From assembly GCA_965208675.1 (NCBI GenBank), contig OZ242351.1, forward strand, positions 1,632,001 to 1,696,000: a DNA stretch of 64,000 nt. Direction: 5' to 3'. Under the pieces are notes generated by a model. The model was not told the DNA's origin. It saw only the letters and a list, made by a program, of their open reading frames with translations, and ran no database searches. Origin of the DNA: Candidatus Poribacteria bacterium (GTDB taxonomy: Bacteria; Poribacteria; WGA-4E; PCPOR2b). A program made the translations under genes and the position numbers. This document shows, in pieces, positions 60,054 to 64,000 of the stretch (the first letter of the stretch is position 1; every line of letters starts with the position of its first letter).

Positions 60054-61457
60054 TCACCCGCTTACGGACAATTTCAGGTCTTCAACGCGTTTCCACAATT
60101 TGTCACGATCTTCTCCACGCGGCTGCGGAATCAGCATACTACTCCAAAGCCTTTTCAGTTCGTCAGCACCGCTCTCGTCAAGCTCCTCTAGACCAATTAT
60201 CCACTGTTGAATTCTGCGTCCGCAACGGACCGCCTCTTTCCTCTCCTCATTACGCATTGCCCAGTCACCCTTTGCGTTGCGTACCAACAGGAGATACCGC
60301 CAGGGAGCTTGATGCAGACGCCATTCTAACCTGCCAAGTCCCTTTAACGCTGTACGGACCCCATTGGCGGTCGGAGTTGCCACATTCGGAAGGTTGTTGT
60401 CGAGTATGGTTCTCGCGAACTCGGCTAGCAACTGTTGGCCTATAGGCCAAAACAAAAGGGAATCTGTCATCTCTTCACCCTCGACTAATTCAATGTGATG
60501 AACCCGCATCAGGGGTGGAGATTTTTGAAGATCGGGAATTTCGGCGATTAAGGCATTCCAATACATCTCCAATTCTTCGTAAAGCGCATCAATGTAGTCT
60601 TCGGGGGGACGAAACCGCTTGAAATTCTTCAAATCTTGTCCTTGGTCCAAAATTGGGCCCCATCCTCTTGGCGTTCGGCGTACCGAACTAAGCAGCGCTA
60701 TGTTCATCTCGTACAAGGTTTCGAGGCTAGTGAAATACGGATCAATACTCTTGAGGTTTTTTCCTTTTTGTGTTTTTATACGCCTTGATTCTATCTGTCT
60801 GCCTTCAGATTTGAAGAAATTATGCTCGGTAATCAAGCGCCGTGTGAGAATTGCAAACGTATCGTCTTCATCCATTATGATGTTCGTTGCCGCATCCGTC
60901 GGTTTGGCATAGCGGTTAAGATTGGAGAACAATCGCCGGTACTTTGGCAAGAAGTCGGACTCTTCTCGACTAGGTACAATGACTATTACGGAAAGTTCAT
61001 CGTTCTCAAAATTTTCAGGAGCACCATCGGAAATTGGATTGTTTCGATCAAGCAAAGTCTTGATGGCTGAGAGGCGATGCTGTCCATCAAGGGCATAATA
61101 TTTCTGGGTTCCATCGAACTTCAAGACACCAAAAGACTCGTTGAGTCGCTGATCGTCATGAAAAATTGCGAAATGTGGATCGTCAGTAATCTCAACAGGA
61201 TAGAACATCGGATTGCCCTCTAACGCGGCCACGACCAAAGAGGAGAAGAAACGGTTGGGTTGGTGTCTCAGATATTCGACGATTTCCTTATTAACTCGGT
61301 CGTGTCGTAGGACTCGCTGAATTGCTTCATCAAGGGTGCGATCTTCATAAACTTCAGAAGCAAATTTCACGTTTTCACTTAGTTCTCGCGCACTCATCTT
61401 GACGACATAGTAACTAAACGTACCCATTCTCGAACGTAATGCGGGATATATATTCAT
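60054..61457 (-). CDS. DGQHR-domain (DndB-like, ParB/sulfiredoxin superfamily) protein
   Basis: AIQRVL, FFSSLVVA, YALDGQHRLSAIK, RRLFSNLNRYAK and IMDEDD. GGAGG RBS. Confidence 0.9.
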   Translation of the reverse strand: MNIYPALRSRMGTFSYYVVKMSARELSENVKFASEVYEDRTLDEAIQRVLRHDRVNKEIVEYLRHQPNRFFSSLVVAALEGNPMFYPVEITDDPHFAIFHDDQRLNESFGVLKFDGTQKYYALDGQHRLSAIKTLLDRNNPISDGAPENFENDELSVIVIVPSREESDFLPKYRRLFSNLNRYAKPTDAATNIIMDEDDTFAILTRRLITEHNFFKSEGRQIESRRIKTQKGKNLKSIDPYFTSLETLYEMNIALLSSVRRTPRGWGPILDQGQDLKNFKRFRPPEDYIDALYEELEMYWNALIAEIPDLQKSPPLMRVHHIELVEGEEMTDSLLFWPIGQQLLAEFARTILDNNLPNVATPTANGVRTALKGLGRLEWRLHQAPWRYLLLVRNAKGDWAMRNEERKEAVRCGRRIQQWIIGLEELDESGADELKRLWSSMLIPQPRGEDRDKLWKRVEDLKLSVSG

Positions 61458-61497
61458 CAGAGACTTCCTCCATTGAGCTTGATGGTTTATCGCACCA

Positions 61498-61880
61498 TCA
61501 GCCCGGTTTTGAACTTCCTATTATCGCGGGGATATGTCTATATTTTAGATTTGCCGGCGGGCCAGAGCATTCATCCAAACAGGTTTCTAGCTCATCAATT
61601 CGATTGGCATGAACGATTGTAAACCAAAATTTTAGATTATTGCCAAAACATCCCTTTGCTAGCTTAACTCCCCGCCTGGTGCGGTCACAGGGTTCGAGGA
61701 ATCGCCTGCGAAGACAGTTTAATTTTCCCACGCAGGTAATTTCATAGAGAGTCTTAAACGAATTTCGGTTGAATTTCAGTGTCTTGAACGTCACACAGAT
61801 AGCATACGCACCCCGGTTTTCAGGTACACGGTCTCGCTCAAGAGAAACTGACTAGGTCTTTGACCAGCCAGTTCCACCTA
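61498..61880 (-). pseudogene. Degenerate GIY-YIG nuclease
   Basis: In-frame extension gives VPENRGAYAIC...LYEITCVGKLNCLRRRFLEP, matching GIY...YIG...R spacing with degraded motifs. In-frame TAG at 61852-61854. Confidence 0.6.
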
Positions 61881-61969
61881 TTACAATCCATAAAATAAGG
61901 TGTGAATTGCAACGGTGTCAATCATCGGGCGGGTTTAAAAGGCGTTGTGTTTAGCCGATTGAGCTGCAA
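61881..61969 (+). repeat. Direct repeat of 59256-59341
   Basis: TCCATAAAA...ATTGCAAC.GTG...CGGGCGGGTTTA..AGGCGTTG.GTTT is shared by both sites. Confidence 0.7.
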
Positions 61970-62140
61970 TTTGTTACTAGGTGATGACTTGAAGACTATC
62001 GCACTCCCTGTTCGGTTGCTTGATCCTTCGCTATCCGCTAAGTTGAAAGTTGGGATGCGCAAGCCCGCTCAACCTAACCCACACTTACTGAGTGAGAGGT
62101 AACACATTGTTTGCACATAGACAGTCTAGAGTCGAAAGGG

Positions 62141-64000
62141 TCAATCTGCCAATGACTGCATGAACGAATCTGAACCGAAATTCAGGATGAATGCGGCATA
62201 TTGACTTTCAAATAAATCTTGAAGATAATCGTCTAGTTCGACATTGGAATCGCCAGTGTCCTTTTCCTGCGTGAATTTGTAGTTGCGCTTTTTCGTGATG
62301 GTATAGAGGAAGAGGGTATGGAAATAAACCGAGGCGATATATTTTCGGCTGGCTAAATCAAGCTGTTCTTCATTCGGATTTTTGGGCTTAAAATTCATGA
62401 ACACGGTGCTATCCATATTGACATAGATTTTCTCTAACTTCTCCCCATCAACCATGGGATACATTACAGTGGAATAATCTATTGTTTTTGACGTTGCGTT
62501 TTGCACTTGCTCCCAAGTTACTGTGTTATCCTTTTGTTCTTGATAAGTCAATATCAATTCTGGCAAACCTAAATTGGGAATGTCGATAGTTTCTGGCTTC
62601 TTTGTTTTCTCCTGAGGGGCCTTCGGCTCGCTTATTCTTACCCAAAAGGCTTCAGACTCAAATTCGCCGCTCGGATCGCACAGACTTGCCTGTATTTTTG
62701 CAGCATCTCCCACTTGTGTGGTTTCTTTCGGGTTTAAATGGATTTTTATGGTACCTCGTTCAGGACTACTTCTGTTTATATTGAACATGTTCTCAATTTG
62801 GTCGACTTTCCCAGGGGCATTGCCTCCACTGGAATTGTTCGTTTTGAAACCGAGAATAGCAAGTTTCAATTTACCGGGAGCTTCAATACGGTCAAAATAG
62901 TGATCTTCCACATCCGTATCAAAAAGAATTGTCTTCTCGCCACCAATTGGCACTGCCACCGGTTTATCGGCATCACCTTTGGCCCGTCGCTGAAAAAATG
63001 ATGGAAATCTTTTCGGGTTAAATGGTAGCGGATCTTCTCGCCGCTTGTTTTTGGCCTTGCCCTGACCTTTTTTCGGTTTTCCGTTATTCTGTTGGTCCAA
63101 TTTCAAAGTTTGAGAGAGTAGTTTCATCAGGTCACTATCCATTGGCAGACTCTGCGTTAACGACCTCAGCATGTCTTTTGTATCCTTACTCTCCACCGAT
63201 ATGGATTCTTTTCGGTTCCTCTGAATTTCCGCCAAGCGTCCGTTCTTACCCCCAAGTTTTTCAGCGAGGAATCTTCGCAATTGCCTTGTTTCTTCACCAT
63301 CTTTCAATCGGTCACGAGAAGCCATGGATAACTCTTTACGAAAATTATAGTCCATGTTTGCGCAATCAACATGTATCAGGAGATGCTCCTTGAGCAAATT
63401 CAATTTTAAGGAACGGGTTATGAATTCAGAAGTGTAGTGTCCGTGGACTTGCCCATTAACGGAAAACAGCACAGACATGTTATTCTTAAAAAATTCGCTA
63501 CGAATGACCTCCTTGGTTTCCTTTACGGATCTATCGTCTAGTTTTGTTTTGAAGACATAGCACGTTACTTTCATTTTCCCGAAAAGTTTGTCGTCAAAGT
63601 CTTCAGAAAAATATGTCTCCACATACTTGCTGTCATCCTGTTCTAATCTGCGTTTTAATCCGTATAAAGCCCTTTGCAAAGCACGATCGTGAGGATATCG
63701 TTTTTCCTTATCAACAGTAATCACCGGCAGAGTCGGTTCAAAGAGATATTCATTTATACTTCGGTTCAAGTCCCTCGAAATGACCGAGCGAATTCCCTTT
63801 GGCAGATCGTAGGAGTAGAGTTTGATTACGGTGCCAGTGCGGAAAACCCTATTGTTCAAGCCAAGGTTCTGTTGCTCGGAGCGAAAAGACGGAATTGTCC
63901 CATTAATTTTCAAGAATTCGTACCACGTATTCTTCTTGGTTTTCTTCTCCTGCGCACTGAGAGGATGTTGTCGAATAAGCGTGAATCCAAATTTACCCGT
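62141..64000 (-). CDS. Large hypothetical protein, probably the C-terminal part of a GHKL/MORC-like ATPase family protein; 5' end outside window
   Basis: The frame is open to the edge (TGKFGFTLIRQHP...). Contains LFSVNGQVHG and MASRDRL. The ATPase motifs themselves are not in the window. Confidence 0.6.
   Translation of the reverse strand, partial: TGKFGFTLIRQHPLSAQEKKTKKNTWYEFLKINGTIPSFRSEQQNLGLNNRVFRTGTVIKLYSYDLPKGIRSVISRDLNRSINEYLFEPTLPVITVDKEKRYPHDRALQRALYGLKRRLEQDDSKYVETYFSEDFDDKLFGKMKVTCYVFKTKLDDRSVKETKEVIRSEFFKNNMSVLFSVNGQVHGHYTSEFITRSLKLNLLKEHLLIHVDCANMDYNFRKELSMASRDRLKDGEETRQLRRFLAEKLGGKNGRLAEIQRNRKESISVESKDTKDMLRSLTQSLPMDSDLMKLLSQTLKLDQQNNGKPKKGQGKAKNKRREDPLPFNPKRFPSFFQRRAKGDADKPVAVPIGGEKTILFDTDVEDHYFDRIEAPGKLKLAILGFKTNNSSGGNAPGKVDQIENMFNINRSSPERGTIKIHLNPKETTQVGDAAKIQASLCDPSGEFESEAFWVRISEPKAPQEKTKKPETIDIPNLGLPELILTYQEQKDNTVTWEQVQNATSKTIDYSTVMYPMVDGEKLEKIYVNMDSTVFMNFKPKNPNEEQLDLASRKYIASVYFHTLFLYTITKKRNYKFTQEKDTGDSNVELDDYLQDLFESQYAAFILNFGSDSFMQSLAD

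Noticed and set aside
60054-61457. Complete Dnd phosphorothioation system
   Set aside because: Only a DGQHR/DndB-like gene is present. No dndA/C/D/E in the window.
59724-61880. Stop-codon recoding to explain the in-frame stops
   Set aside because: Both TAA and TAG interrupt these frames, and both act as normal stops elsewhere in the window.
1-64000. tRNA, rRNA, known riboswitches, IS transposases or prophage genes
   Set aside because: None recognised by eye. A tRNAscan/Infernal/ISEScan run would be needed to exclude them formally.

Overview
Bacterial chromosomal window (~48-50% GC by eye), most likely from Candidatus Poribacteria. This is an inference from the LamG and TolB-like secreted proteins ending in an AVxPxxKxxxxWxxIK motif and from paralogous DUF6785-like membrane proteins. 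The left edge holds a partial DUF4011/SF1 helicase (Hhe-like defence protein). About 3.5-23.6 kb and 31-56 kb are mostly housekeeping and sugar-catabolic genes: sucD, proS, panB, pgk, a lipoprotein serpin, sucC, iolG, rsmD, kdsB, pyrG, msrP, a CtpA-like protease with an unexpected C-terminal RHH-like domain, lpxL-like, phhB, secA, sppA, a rare bacterial Clp1 kinase, msbA-like and an atypical sigma-70. The 23.6-31 kb region is accessory: a candidate sRNA, a tandemly duplicated and differentially decayed three-gene LamG unit, and two PD40 beta-propellers, all sharing a candidate C-terminal sorting signal. The right 7 kb looks like a defence island: a split two-gene Schlafen/AlbA_2 module behind a truncated hicB, a direct-repeat-bounded GIY-YIG(pseudo)-DGQHR-hypothetical(pseudo) module, and a large partial protein that probably belongs to the GHKL ATPase family. 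I saw no rRNA, tRNA, CRISPR array or transposase. All calls are from reading the sequence; no searches were run.
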